A DNA stretch of 64,000 bases from Verrucomicrobiales bacterium. Lineage in GTDB: Bacteria; Verrucomicrobiota; Verrucomicrobiia; Verrucomicrobiales; V1-33. Position numbers and translations under genes: made by a program. The stretch is from positions 1 through 64,000 of the forward strand of contig JANOAV010000057.1 in the NCBI GenBank assembly GCA_031411295.1, written 5' to 3'. Below the pieces are notes generated by a model. That model was not told the DNA's origin. It made no database searches and saw only the letters and a program-made list of their open reading frames with translations. Of the stretch, positions 52,016-62,319 are shown one piece after another. Each line of letters opens with the position of its first letter. Position 1 is the first letter of the stretch.

Positions 52016-53584
52016 CTACTTCGTTGCGACAGGCTTCGCGCCTTCGCCAAAGCAGTAGAGGTGCGTTTGGGTGCTGACGAGCAACTTACCGTTGGCGGCC
52101 ACACTGGAGCAGAGGATCGGGCTGGGGAAATCGATGAACGCCAACTTCTTCATTTCCTTGCCCGCAGCCAGGATCGTGAGTTCGCCTTCTTCGTTGCCAA
52201 TGTAGATTTTGCCATCGGCCACCAACGTGCTGCCCCAGATGTGACCTTTGGTGTCGAAGGTCCAGTATTTCTTGCCGGTCTCAGCGTCCAAGCAATGCAC
52301 CATGCCAGCGTATTCGGCAATGTAGAGCAGCCCGTCCTGAATGGAAACGGTGCTGATGCTGCGGCCGATATCCTTATAGGTCCAGATGGCTCCATCCTTG
52401 GTGATATCGCCCTTCTTGGTGGCATCAATGCAGCTCAACATGCCGACGCCTTCACCATGTTCCGGATCCTGACCGATGGCGACATAGACGCGGTTCTTGT
52501 AGATAACCGGAGTGGAAATGATTTCGCTAGGGCCTTCGGAGGTCGCGTATTTGCGTTTCTGCTCGCTTTGATCGAAACGATACTCATGGGGGTTGGCATC
52601 ATAGCGCCAATGTTCGTCCATGATCGCGATATCGTCATCTTTCTTGGAGCCTAGCCCGTAGCTGTAGCACCAGCCATCACCTGCGGCAAAGATGACGCTG
52701 GGAGTGCCGCCGATTTCGCCATAGGCCGGGGACGACCAGGAGCAGTGCAGGATGCGGGTGCTGATCTTGCTGCCTTCTTCGGCAATGTAAGCACCGGTTT
52801 TCTTATCCAAGGAAATGAAGCTGGGAGCCTGCGTGTTGGGAATATTGGTGTGCGTCCAGTCCACGCCATTGGAAGTGGTCACGAAAATTTTGTCGCCCAC
52901 AATGACCGGGCTGCTGCTGGTCATGTTATGGGGGAAGACGCCCAGTTCATCCCGCATGGAGTAGCGCCAGAGGACATCGGCATCCGTGGGCACCACTTCC
53001 GCCACGGGAGGTGGCGGGGAGTTGGGAGCCGGAGGAGGTGTGAAGTATTTGGCCTCGTCTTTAAAGCCGTCGTTGCCATTGGCCAGACCATTCATGTCCA
53101 GCGCCACCACTTCACATTGATTGGTCACGATGTAGGCTTTGTCCCCTTCGATGCTGGCGGAAGCGCAGATGCCGAGCAATTCCCAGTCGTTCACTTTGCC
53201 CGCCGCCAACTTAGGCACGGCCAGTTGCCAGAGAAATTTGCCGGTTTTCTCATCGAGGCACATCAAGATGCCGCGGTCACCAATCTTGCCCTTGTCGCGT
53301 GGCGAATCGTTGTTGGTGCCAATGATAATCTTCCCGCCGCTGACAGTGGGCGTGCCATAGGTTTGCGAACCTAACTTCACGACCCAGGCGCAGTTTTTCG
53401 TGGTCGCAAGATCGATGTCATCTGTGCCTTTGATTTTCTTCCCCGGAGAGAATTCCGCAGGCAAACCTTTCTCAGAGGAAACCATGTTCCGACCGGGCGT
53501 GCCGGACCACTGGGGCCAGTCGCCTGCGGAAGTGAGTGAAAGGGAAAGAGAGTAAAACGTGAGGAGGAGGGCGGGTGTTTTCAT
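52016..53584 (-). CDS. Exported PQQ-like beta-propeller protein
   Basis: Signal peptide, DWPQWSG, repeated LDxKTGxxxW blades. Confidence 0.88.
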   Translation of the reverse strand: MKTPALLLTFYSLSLSLTSAGDWPQWSGTPGRNMVSSEKGLPAEFSPGKKIKGTDDIDLATTKNCAWVVKLGSQTYGTPTVSGGKIIIGTNNDSPRDKGKIGDRGILMCLDEKTGKFLWQLAVPKLAAGKVNDWELLGICASASIEGDKAYIVTNQCEVVALDMNGLANGNDGFKDEAKYFTPPPAPNSPPPPVAEVVPTDADVLWRYSMRDELGVFPHNMTSSSPVIVGDKIFVTTSNGVDWTHTNIPNTQAPSFISLDKKTGAYIAEEGSKISTRILHCSWSSPAYGEIGGTPSVIFAAGDGWCYSYGLGSKKDDDIAIMDEHWRYDANPHEYRFDQSEQKRKYATSEGPSEIISTPVIYKNRVYVAIGQDPEHGEGVGMLSCIDATKKGDITKDGAIWTYKDIGRSISTVSIQDGLLYIAEYAGMVHCLDAETGKKYWTFDTKGHIWGSTLVADGKIYIGNEEGELTILAAGKEMKKLAFIDFPSPILCSSVAANGKLLVSTQTHLYCFGEGAKPVATK

Positions 53585-53633
53585 TGGGAAATATTTTGAG
53601 ATATGACTGATTGGTCAGATTTATCAGTTCAAA

Positions 53634-55925
53634 TTATTTGGCGTTGGGAGTTACAGAAATGTTGTCGATATAAACACGCTTCTGCACGTTCGGGCTGAAG
53701 CCGAAGACGCCCGGAGCGCCTTTAGTGTGGCCGTGCGGTTGTTTGGCTTCGATGGTCCATTCGGCGGGCTCCGGGGTGCCTTTCTCGAAGACCTTGGCGC
53801 GGACGGTGGCGGTGCCTTCGGCATCCAGGTCCACTTTGGTGGTCATGGTATACCATTGGTTAGACTTCACGGTGAAAGGCACATTGACGCGCAGGCGCTC
53901 CAGGTTGGAGGCGATTTCCACCGTGTTATCATTGCCCTTGATGGTGACTTGATAGCGTTGATTGATCAAGCCCACGTCGGACTTCATCCGGCGGTTGCCA
54001 TCGGTCATGAGATCAGCGGAAACGGTGTAGTTGCTGAGCGTTTCCGGCCCGATGAAGGTGAAGGCGCGTTGGAAGAACATTTGATCCAGCGTCTTGGCCA
54101 GGACTTTATTTCCTTCCAGTTCACGCACTTCCCATTTGAAACGCGCGCCTAGCCATGGGAGCGGCGGATAGGCGAATTTGGTGCCGGTTTCGGTGAGGTG
54201 ATCTTGATCCACTGCAAAGCCCTCGAAGTCTTGTTTGATCGGCAAATTCGTCGTCACGCGAGCGCGAATCGTGCCGGTGTGACCTTCCGCATCCGTGGCT
54301 TTGAAAGCACCGGCAGAAAGTTTAGCGGCCGGGCCAGCAGCGAGTTCACCCGCTTCGTTGAAGTCAGCATCGGCGGTAGCTTTGACCTTGGCGGTGGGCG
54401 GGATGAATTTCTCCCACTTCAGTTTGTCGGCTACCCCTAATCGCTCGCCATGCGCGTCGATTTTATAGACCGTAAATTTAGCGGACTGACCAGGGGCCAG
54501 CAGCACTTCACCCGGCACGGATTGCAGGCCGGTGGCTGGTCCAGGCGTGGGCTTCACCACGGCAGGAATCGGGTCCATCGTAATGGCTCCGCTACCAATG
54601 CTGAAAGCGTAAGTGTGCTTGCGGGTATTCACATAAAGTTTCCCGTCGGCAATCGCTGGGGAACCTTCACCTTCACCATCGAGCATGATTTTTTTGACGA
54701 TTTCACCTTTAGCGGCATCCACCACGTAGAGCAGCGCTTCGTAGGAACCACCGGGGCCGGTGGCACCGCCTTTGAGCGGCACGTAAAGCATGCCGTTGGC
54801 GTAGGCGGGGGAGGAATGCAGATTGTCTTCGCTCAACTTCAGGTGCCAGAGTTCCTTGCCCGTCTTGGACTCGTAACCGTAGAGATTTCCGGTGCTCGTG
54901 AGTTGATACAATTTCCCACCTGTCACCACTGGTGAGCTGGACCAAGCCCCGACGGAGGCGCGCCAAGCTTCGGTGGTTGGGGGCAGGGGAGTGGCGTCAG
55001 TCTTGGTGGGGTCCTCTTGCTTGGGCGGAATGGCGGCAGGCAGCTTCAACGCTACTAACCGACCAGACTCAGAGGAATCCAAATTCTCGTCATTGTGAAT
55101 CCCGAAAAGCAGGTCGCCTTCCACCACGTTAGCGGCATTCACACCGTTCTTGCTCAGCAGGAAGCGCCAGAGTGGATCGCCCGTGCGGGCGTTGACGCAG
55201 ACAATGTTGCCATCTCCGGTGCCGGCATAAAACACGCGGGTGTTCCAGCGGGTTTCAAAATAAGGCGTGGAGAAGGAACCGTCGATGGGCCGCAAGCCCG
55301 GCTGCGAGCCCCAGACAAAGCCGCCGGTCTTTTTATCGAACGCATAGAAGCGATTCGCAGCAGGGCCGGCCGCTCCCCAGTTGGCGGAAATGCAGTTGAT
55401 GATCACCAAGTCGCCATCCACTGCCGGACAGCCGGTGCGGCCATTTGGAAACGTTAGCCGGCCCGTGGTTTCCATGAGGGAATTCTCCCACACTAACTTG
55501 CCGTCGAGATCATAGGCCATCAGCACGCCCGTGGTTGTCATGAGGAAAATTTGCTTCGTCTCCGGATCATATCCGGGACTGCCGATGCCGTAGCGGTCGT
55601 AAATGTTATCGCTTAGAAAGTCCCGGAACGTATGCTCCCAGATCACTTTACCGGTGGCTGAATCCACGCAAGCTAACACTTCCATGAGATTTTCTTTCTC
55701 CCCGCGATAGCCAAACAAGAACACTTTCCCGCCGATCACGATGGGCGCGCCCTGGCCCGCCAGATCGATCTTCCAGAGCGGCTCCGGCTTGAATTCATTC
55801 TTCGCATAATGCTCCGGGGAGACCCCGCTCTGGAACGGCCCACGCCACGGGAACCAATCCCCAGCATGAGAAGTTAGCGGAAAGGCGGCAAGGCACAACG
55901 GAAGCAGGAACTGGGAGATTCGCAT
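53634..55925 (-). CDS. Exported PQQ-like beta-propeller protein with C-terminal beta-sandwich domain
   Basis: Signal peptide, DWFPWRGP, repeated DxxTGxxxW blades. Confidence 0.88.
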   Translation of the reverse strand: MRISQFLLPLCLAAFPLTSHAGDWFPWRGPFQSGVSPEHYAKNEFKPEPLWKIDLAGQGAPIVIGGKVFLFGYRGEKENLMEVLACVDSATGKVIWEHTFRDFLSDNIYDRYGIGSPGYDPETKQIFLMTTTGVLMAYDLDGKLVWENSLMETTGRLTFPNGRTGCPAVDGDLVIINCISANWGAAGPAANRFYAFDKKTGGFVWGSQPGLRPIDGSFSTPYFETRWNTRVFYAGTGDGNIVCVNARTGDPLWRFLLSKNGVNAANVVEGDLLFGIHNDENLDSSESGRLVALKLPAAIPPKQEDPTKTDATPLPPTTEAWRASVGAWSSSPVVTGGKLYQLTSTGNLYGYESKTGKELWHLKLSEDNLHSSPAYANGMLYVPLKGGATGPGGSYEALLYVVDAAKGEIVKKIMLDGEGEGSPAIADGKLYVNTRKHTYAFSIGSGAITMDPIPAVVKPTPGPATGLQSVPGEVLLAPGQSAKFTVYKIDAHGERLGVADKLKWEKFIPPTAKVKATADADFNEAGELAAGPAAKLSAGAFKATDAEGHTGTIRARVTTNLPIKQDFEGFAVDQDHLTETGTKFAYPPLPWLGARFKWEVRELEGNKVLAKTLDQMFFQRAFTFIGPETLSNYTVSADLMTDGNRRMKSDVGLINQRYQVTIKGNDNTVEIASNLERLRVNVPFTVKSNQWYTMTTKVDLDAEGTATVRAKVFEKGTPEPAEWTIEAKQPHGHTKGAPGVFGFSPNVQKRVYIDNISVTPNAK

Positions 55926-56108
55926 GAAGTTTGAAATAAGGGTAAATACCAACGAACACCTGCACGCGGCACCTCCGAAGTCAACCGCCCGCCATGCTAC
56001 GCAGAAACGTTGAGTTGAAGTGACATTGGTGTCATGCAGGAGCGAATGAGCGCTGCTGGTCGCCTGCTTGCTGAATCCTCTCTCGCGACATGAATCCAGT
56101 CCGCCGCA

Positions 56109-58574
56109 TTAGGGTTGCTGCCACGCATAGAGTTGCATGTAGGTTTTACCCTTGCCTACGGCCGTGAATGGCGAGGCTTGAGTTTCTCCCCCTAACCAGT
56201 CTGCGATTTTGGCATCATGAACCAACGTGAAGCCCTGGCTACGGAGGCCAGCCAAGACGGCCAAGGCCTGGTCCGTGTTCGCTTGATTGAGATGCAGCTC
56301 GGCCAGGATGGCCTTCACGCGTCGAATGGCACCCGTTTCCAGGAGGCGCTCCAGGCAGGTAAACTCAGCGCCTTCGATGTCGAGTTTCAACAGATCCACG
56401 CCATCTCCAATCGCTTGGGCGATGTCTGTCGTGGGGACTAGAAGGGTCCCCTCTGGGCTGAGCTGGCCGCGGTCATCCGCCACGCCCGAGAAGTTCAGCG
56501 TGCCCTCGGAATGCCAGAGGGCGTCGGGTAGGACCTGCACATCCTGCACGCCGGCCTGCGCCAAATTTGCTTTGATCAGGGTTACCAGCCGGGGGTCTGG
56601 CTCATAGACCCTAATCTCCGCATCCGGAAACGTTTGGCGAAACCATAGCGCGGAGAGACCGACGTTGCCTCCGCCATCAATGATGCGGCGGACGGGTTCC
56701 TGCGGTTGGAAACCATAGTTATCGTTGAGGTAAATATCTTCGATCTGCGGAGGCACGGTGGCCATGACTTCGGCTTGCACCACTCCCCAGGGGAAACGCC
56801 ACTGATGAATCGCAGCGCTATTTTGCAGTGCGCTGCGCAACGCTTTCACGTCCTGTTTGACCAAAGATTTCCAAGCTGGCGAGCCCCACTCCGGACCTGA
56901 TGGTTCCGGCTTTTCGGGCGGGAGCACTGCGTCGCTTGGTTTGGCAGGCACGATCTGGGCGGGCGGAGCTCCAACGGGATGCGATTGGGTCGTCAACGGT
57001 CGTCCCCCCAACGTTTCGAGGCGTGTCGCCAGGGCGGCGGCATAGTCTGCCGTGCGGAAACGTTGGCGGATCAATCCCGGGCCCTCTGTGGCCACCCGAG
57101 CCCGCAGAGCCCGGTCCCCCAGAATGCGTTCGATGGCTAACCGGGATGCTTCCATGTCCATGGAGGGGACAACGGCTCCGAAGCCAGTTTCCTGAATCAG
57201 GCTGGAGGTGCCCTGCCCGCGGTCGAAACCGAGCACGGGCCGCCCCAGTGCCATGGCTTCCAGCACCACGCTGGGGAAGGGATCGAGGCGCGAGCACATC
57301 ATCACCAGGCTGGCGGTGGCATAGGCCTCCGTTGGATCCTCCATTTCCCCCACGTGATGGAAACGATCGGCCACACCATTGGCTTCCAGTGAGTGCATCC
57401 CGTGGAAATAGAGAGGCTGGTCATAAATTTTCCCTAACCACACGAAATGGGTGTTGGCGGCACGCGGTGAATAGCGAGAGAAGTGGATGGCAAAAGAGGT
57501 AAACCAATCGAATCCCTTGCGGGTATCCACGGTGCCACAAGCCAGCACCACCTCCGCATCGGGCGGGAGCTTAAGATGAGCCCGGCCCGCTGCACCATCA
57601 CTTTTGGTCTTGCCCGCAGCATCCCCAGCCTCGACCATGTAGGCCCCCTGCGGGAGGATGCTTGTGAGCTTGCCGTGATTAGCCGCAGCGGCGGCATAGT
57701 GGCCCCTAACTTCCTCGCAAGGGAAGATAATTTCTGAGCAGGCGGCCATCATCGGCTCCACCAAGGCGGGGCCAAAAGCATGCGGAAATTCATGCACCAA
57801 AGCGATGACCTTGAAGCCGCTGCTTTGCAAGGCCTTGGCCAGCGGAGCGGTGCACAGGGAATTCACCAGTGCCGCCGGATGCGCATTCGCAAACAGGGCG
57901 GTCAGGAGTTTGGTGGCAGTTTTCGGCTCTCCAGTTAGTAACGCATCCATTCCTGTCACCACGGGACCGAGTCGGGCAAATTCCGCCGTGAGTGGTCCGG
58001 CGGGCCCAAGACACAAAGTCATGATTTGGCACTGTTTGGCGGAGGCAAACTCTCGGGCTATCGAAAGGGCGATCAAAGGTGCTCCAGAACGCTGGAGTTC
58101 GTGAATTCCCAGAACCATGACCTTACGCCCAGGCTCCATCACCCTAATGGCCTCCTGCAGTGTATCCATCCCCAGATGGCTGCTTAGGTCGGCCTGGCCG
58201 ATCAGTTTCAATAACTTGCGTTTCGCCAACGTGCGTCCCCCTTTGGGAAAATCAATCGCAGGCTCCAACAGGCGGAACGAAAATGGAATCTCAATCTCTG
58301 GATAGTGCAACCAAACCATGGGCACCGGAAAAGCGAAGCCGCACTGCGGCGGAAGGCCTTCGTGGGCACAAGGAAGATTGGCTTGGGTAGTGCCGATGAT
58401 GGCCCCATCTCCGTCCAGCAGAGCCACGGTTAGGGGAATCTCAGGGCTGCCCTCATAATAAGCTGCGCCCCGCAGATACATTCCTTCCAAGCCGAAGAAC
58501 CGCCGCACGACGGTTCCTTTGCCAGAGCGTTTCTTGAAATTAAGTAATCGTGAGAGCATACAAGGGTTACTCAT
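56109..58574 (-). CDS. GT4 glycosyltransferase fused to FkbM-family methyltransferase
   Basis: RKGFD, SRLDPFPSVVLEAMALG; then IIDGGGNVG, YEPDP, LLKLDIEGAE. Start uncertain. Confidence 0.88.
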   Translation of the reverse strand: MSNPCMLSRLLNFKKRSGKGTVVRRFFGLEGMYLRGAAYYEGSPEIPLTVALLDGDGAIIGTTQANLPCAHEGLPPQCGFAFPVPMVWLHYPEIEIPFSFRLLEPAIDFPKGGRTLAKRKLLKLIGQADLSSHLGMDTLQEAIRVMEPGRKVMVLGIHELQRSGAPLIALSIAREFASAKQCQIMTLCLGPAGPLTAEFARLGPVVTGMDALLTGEPKTATKLLTALFANAHPAALVNSLCTAPLAKALQSSGFKVIALVHEFPHAFGPALVEPMMAACSEIIFPCEEVRGHYAAAAANHGKLTSILPQGAYMVEAGDAAGKTKSDGAAGRAHLKLPPDAEVVLACGTVDTRKGFDWFTSFAIHFSRYSPRAANTHFVWLGKIYDQPLYFHGMHSLEANGVADRFHHVGEMEDPTEAYATASLVMMCSRLDPFPSVVLEAMALGRPVLGFDRGQGTSSLIQETGFGAVVPSMDMEASRLAIERILGDRALRARVATEGPGLIRQRFRTADYAAALATRLETLGGRPLTTQSHPVGAPPAQIVPAKPSDAVLPPEKPEPSGPEWGSPAWKSLVKQDVKALRSALQNSAAIHQWRFPWGVVQAEVMATVPPQIEDIYLNDNYGFQPQEPVRRIIDGGGNVGLSALWFRQTFPDAEIRVYEPDPRLVTLIKANLAQAGVQDVQVLPDALWHSEGTLNFSGVADDRGQLSPEGTLLVPTTDIAQAIGDGVDLLKLDIEGAEFTCLERLLETGAIRRVKAILAELHLNQANTDQALAVLAGLRSQGFTLVHDAKIADWLGGETQASPFTAVGKGKTYMQLYAWQQP

Positions 58575-58658
58575 GAGCCGTGCTGAGAGAATCAAGCAAG
58601 GCTAATTTTCCCCGTAGTGGAAACCAAAGGAAGCAGCAGCCATGCACCGCTGTAGGCA

Positions 58659-60752
58659 CTACAAACCGGGGCCGCTCCGCCAAGGCTGCTCCGTCTGCGG
58701 TTCACCGAGGTGCGGGTAGCCGTCGTCCAGTCTAAGTTGAGGATTGAAGAAAGGATCCACTAATAAAGTCTGCCCCCACTGCGCATGCAGCCAAGCTGCC
58801 GCATCTTTGCCGAGAGGAACTGAGCGGGTTTCCTTCTGTGTTAGGGAGGCCACGGGAGTGCAAAGATTGCGAAATCCTGCCGCCCGAAGCCGCAGGCAGA
58901 GGTCCAAATCCGCGCCTTGATCCGTCAGTGCGTTGGCCTCGAAGCTGCCAACGGCGGCAAACGTCTGGCGTCGCACGGCCAAGCAGTCGCCACTCACCGC
59001 AGCCACCTCCCGCACGTGATCAGGCCTGCCCCAAAGCGTGCGGGCGGAGGGATGGGCTCCTCGAAAGAGCTGTGTCGCCAGGCCTGCCCCTCCCAGGACT
59101 ATTCCCGCTTCAGCCACCAAGCCATTGGCCGCCAACCAGCGCGGCCCTACGGCACCAACCTCAGGCCGGGCGGCTTGGCTGACCAATTCGCGGAGCCAGC
59201 CGGCTGCGGGAGGCACGAGGTGATCGGTAAGAAATACGAGGTAGTCCGCCTCGGATTGCGCTGCGGCCCAGTTCTTGGCTGCTGCTGGATTCATGCCTGC
59301 AGGAGTCTGAAGTTGGCGCTGCCGAGGATGTGGCGCCAGAGGTCTGGCGCAATCAAGGATAAGGATCAGGCACGGCGGATCTTGCGGGAGCGCCAGTTCC
59401 AGGAGGACTTGGATCAAGCTGTCCAGGTCCCCATCATCAGCAGAGGCCCGGATAATAATACTGATGCTGGGAGGAGGATCCGGGAGTGGCCAGTGCACCA
59501 GTTTAAGGCGGCCCAAACTCGGCACCACGGTTACTGCGGCACCTCTGGGGCCGAGGAAGTCTTGGAGCGATTTCAGACCAGCCGTGGTGGCATAGGGCTT
59601 GGCGGTCAGACTGGAGCTGACGGAGCTGGCGAGGATGCGCCAATGATAGATCATCCGTGGGATCAGGCGAATCTGTTGAGGTTCAAGTTGGTCCGCTACG
59701 CGCAACGCCAAATCCCAATCCTGGCTTCCCTCCCTTCCCAGTCGGAAGCCACCCACCGCGCGCAGTAAGGCGGTGCGGTAAGTGCCGAAGTGGCTGACGC
59801 TGTTTTCCTGCAGCATCATTTCGAGGTTCCAGCCGGTTTTGAAAAATGGGTCGCTGCGCCTGCCATGATCGTCTATTTTATCTTCGTTAGTGAAAATAAT
59901 GCCCACATCGGGATGCTGGAGAATTTCCCAGGCCAGGAAGTAGAGTGCGGTCGGGGGAAGATCGTCGTCGTTATCATACAACGCGGTGAACTCCCCGGTG
60001 CAAAGCTCCAAAGCAGTATTGGAGGCGGCACTGATGTGCCCATTCTGCGGGCGGAATGCCACCTTGATGCGTGGGTCCATGGCGGCATAACGCTGAAGCA
60101 CCCGGATTACCTTGGGGTCAGTGGAGGCATCGTCCGCAATGCAGAGTTCCCAATGAGGATAGGTTTGTTCCAGCACGGCTTGGATCGCACGTTCCAGCCA
60201 GCGGGGCGGAGGATTGTAAACTGGCATGAGGACGGAGATCAACGGATGTGACGGCCAGGTCCGCACATGCTCCCGGAGCAGCGGCAACTCGCTGGCTGGT
60301 ATGTCGGTCTGTTCACACCAAATTTGATAGGGAGTCGGCGGGCTTTGCGATTTGCGCCAGGGACGCAGCCATTTCCAAAACGGTGAGAGGTAGCAATGCA
60401 GGACGGCAACTGAGTGCCATTTCCCCTGCGCATCTTTGTATTCCAAGGTGAGGAGGTTCCAGCAAAGGTCCAGCTCCAGCAGGATGAGGAAGCCACTGAG
60501 CAGACTGTCGGGATGATCAGGATATTGTTGGTGGACCTCCGGACGCTCGCGCTTGCGGCGGGCGGTAACGCAATTGGTGCCCCGGCGTAGCCGCAGTCCA
60601 TAAATGGGCTCGTTCTGGGGGGCCAAGAACCAACCCTGCACTTCGCAGGCTGGTTCCAGGGCCTCCACGACCAGATCCGCTTTGCGACGCGTGGCTGCGG
60701 CAGCGCTGGGCAGGAGCGAGGGGGTCACTGCAAGGTCGAAATGTGCAAGCAT
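58659..60752 (-). CDS. GT2 glycosyltransferase (two GT2-like domains)
   Basis: ISVLMPVYN, WELCIADDAS, NGHISAASN, GSQDWDL, AVSGDCL, DLDLCLRL. Confidence 0.92.
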   Translation of the reverse strand: MLAHFDLAVTPSLLPSAAAATRRKADLVVEALEPACEVQGWFLAPQNEPIYGLRLRRGTNCVTARRKRERPEVHQQYPDHPDSLLSGFLILLELDLCWNLLTLEYKDAQGKWHSVAVLHCYLSPFWKWLRPWRKSQSPPTPYQIWCEQTDIPASELPLLREHVRTWPSHPLISVLMPVYNPPPRWLERAIQAVLEQTYPHWELCIADDASTDPKVIRVLQRYAAMDPRIKVAFRPQNGHISAASNTALELCTGEFTALYDNDDDLPPTALYFLAWEILQHPDVGIIFTNEDKIDDHGRRSDPFFKTGWNLEMMLQENSVSHFGTYRTALLRAVGGFRLGREGSQDWDLALRVADQLEPQQIRLIPRMIYHWRILASSVSSSLTAKPYATTAGLKSLQDFLGPRGAAVTVVPSLGRLKLVHWPLPDPPPSISIIIRASADDGDLDSLIQVLLELALPQDPPCLILILDCARPLAPHPRQRQLQTPAGMNPAAAKNWAAAQSEADYLVFLTDHLVPPAAGWLRELVSQAARPEVGAVGPRWLAANGLVAEAGIVLGGAGLATQLFRGAHPSARTLWGRPDHVREVAAVSGDCLAVRRQTFAAVGSFEANALTDQGADLDLCLRLRAAGFRNLCTPVASLTQKETRSVPLGKDAAAWLHAQWGQTLLVDPFFNPQLRLDDGYPHLGEPQTEQPWRSGPGL

Positions 60753-60766
60753 CGGGCGGAGAAGAG

Positions 60767-61837
60767 TTACTTTTCTGGAGGCAGGGGTGTTTGCAGAAGT
60801 TGCTGGAGCACTTGTGCCAGCAGCATCTGATCTTCGGAAAATGGATTGTAGGTTACTTTTCCCACATGAAATGCGAATGGCCGGCCCTGGTGCAAGAACT
60901 GCTCCCAGCGCTGCTGCACTGGCTCGGGAATGAAAGGGAAAGGCGTGGTGAGCCAGTAATGCCTGCGTTTAGGATAGGCCGTCAGCGCCTGCGGAATCGC
61001 CCAGTGGCAAAGTCTAAAAAGCAGGGGAATCTTCCGGGCATAATAAATGGCGGTGTAGCCATACTTAACGGTTCGGTGATAGCGTTCATAGATGTGGTGG
61101 CCAATGTCGCGTCTGGGGTCCCAAGACCACTTGCGGCAGGTTAATCTCCACGCTGTCAGCAGTGAGCCCCACCCCAGCTGGCTCACCAATTGGAGGATCC
61201 GTGGCCAGAGTTTTGGGGTAGCTTGGCAGATCTCTCTAACTTGCTGATGATACTGCTGTTGCCGGTCAACGCTACGGCTCACTGGTGGCGTGAAGTCTAA
61301 ATCGAATCGATGCTGCTGATGCAGGGCTCGACGATTGATAAAAAGGCAGATTCCGGTGGGGAAGTAATGGTAGGTGCGCCCGAAGACGTTGAAGGCCCCA
61401 AGGCGTTCGGGGTGATACGGTGTGCCCCAGAACATCAAGGATTCTTTTTTCATCAATGCGGGCACTTTTTGGAGCCAGCGGGGCAGGACGATGAAGCAGT
61501 CAGGATCGATGATCAGCAGGTGTTGGGTGGTGGCATAAGCCACGGCAATGTTCAGTGCCTTGGCGTGGTGCAGCGAGCCATAGGCTACAGTGTTGCGTTC
61601 GGTGGAAAGAGCCAGCGGACCGGGAATGACGTAGAAATCCGGGTCGTCCTCCTGTAATTCTTCGGCGCGTTCCGGCTCGGGAGTGTTCTGCACCACCAAC
61701 CAATAAATGGGGGTGTCCGGGTTCAGATGCCGCATCAGCGCCAAGTTCTGGCGCAGCAATGCCGTCGAACGAAAGCAGACGGAAACGATGGTTAGGCCCA
61801 TGGCGGGCGCGGCTTGGAAGTATTGCTGGAGGGTCAT
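60767..61837 (-). CDS. Putative GT-A-fold glycosyltransferase-like protein
   Basis: LTIVSV, HAKALN, LLIIDPDCF (DxD); located in the polysaccharide cluster. Confidence 0.65.
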   Translation of the reverse strand: MTLQQYFQAAPAMGLTIVSVCFRSTALLRQNLALMRHLNPDTPIYWLVVQNTPEPERAEELQEDDPDFYVIPGPLALSTERNTVAYGSLHHAKALNIAVAYATTQHLLIIDPDCFIVLPRWLQKVPALMKKESLMFWGTPYHPERLGAFNVFGRTYHYFPTGICLFINRRALHQQHRFDLDFTPPVSRSVDRQQQYHQQVREICQATPKLWPRILQLVSQLGWGSLLTAWRLTCRKWSWDPRRDIGHHIYERYHRTVKYGYTAIYYARKIPLLFRLCHWAIPQALTAYPKRRHYWLTTPFPFIPEPVQQRWEQFLHQGRPFAFHVGKVTYNPFSEDQMLLAQVLQQLLQTPLPPEK

Positions 61838-62319
61838 CGGCGGGGCTCCGTCAAGTTCAGTTCATAGCGCAGCAGGCCGGGGCTCTCCTCGCCACACGCG
61901 GTGTAGCCAAGCTTGGTGTGGAGGGCCAGGGAGTTGCTGTTGTCCGCCCGGATGGTGGCGATTAATTTAGGTGCGACCCCTGGAGGCGGGGATTGCTCGG
62001 TTAGGAAACGCAACATGGTTCCGCCCAGGCCCTGCTGGCGAAAGGCTGGAGCCACGCAGACGGTGAGCAGGGCACCGGCAGGTTCATAGGCTAAGGCCGC
62101 ATAGGCACAGGGCACGCCGGTGGCATCCCGCGCCAGCCAGACGCGGTAGTTTTTATTGCCAGGAGCAGAGTAGTTCCGTTTCCACCAGCGGGCTTGGGCC
62201 AGTGGACTGATATAGCCGCTGTGGTTCGTGAGCCAAGCCCGACAATCATTACGGATGGCAGCCACGGCCAGCGCATCAGCCAGTGAATTGAGAGCAGTGA
62301 TGTTCAGGGATGACTTCAT
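61834..62319 (-). CDS. GNAT acetyltransferase
   Basis: VAPAFRQQGLG (motif A), NSNSLALHTKLGY; translationally coupled to the aminotransferase. Confidence 0.85.
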   Translation of the reverse strand: MKSSLNITALNSLADALAVAAIRNDCRAWLTNHSGYISPLAQARWWKRNYSAPGNKNYRVWLARDATGVPCAYAALAYEPAGALLTVCVAPAFRQQGLGGTMLRFLTEQSPPPGVAPKLIATIRADNSNSLALHTKLGYTACGEESPGLLRYELNLTEPRR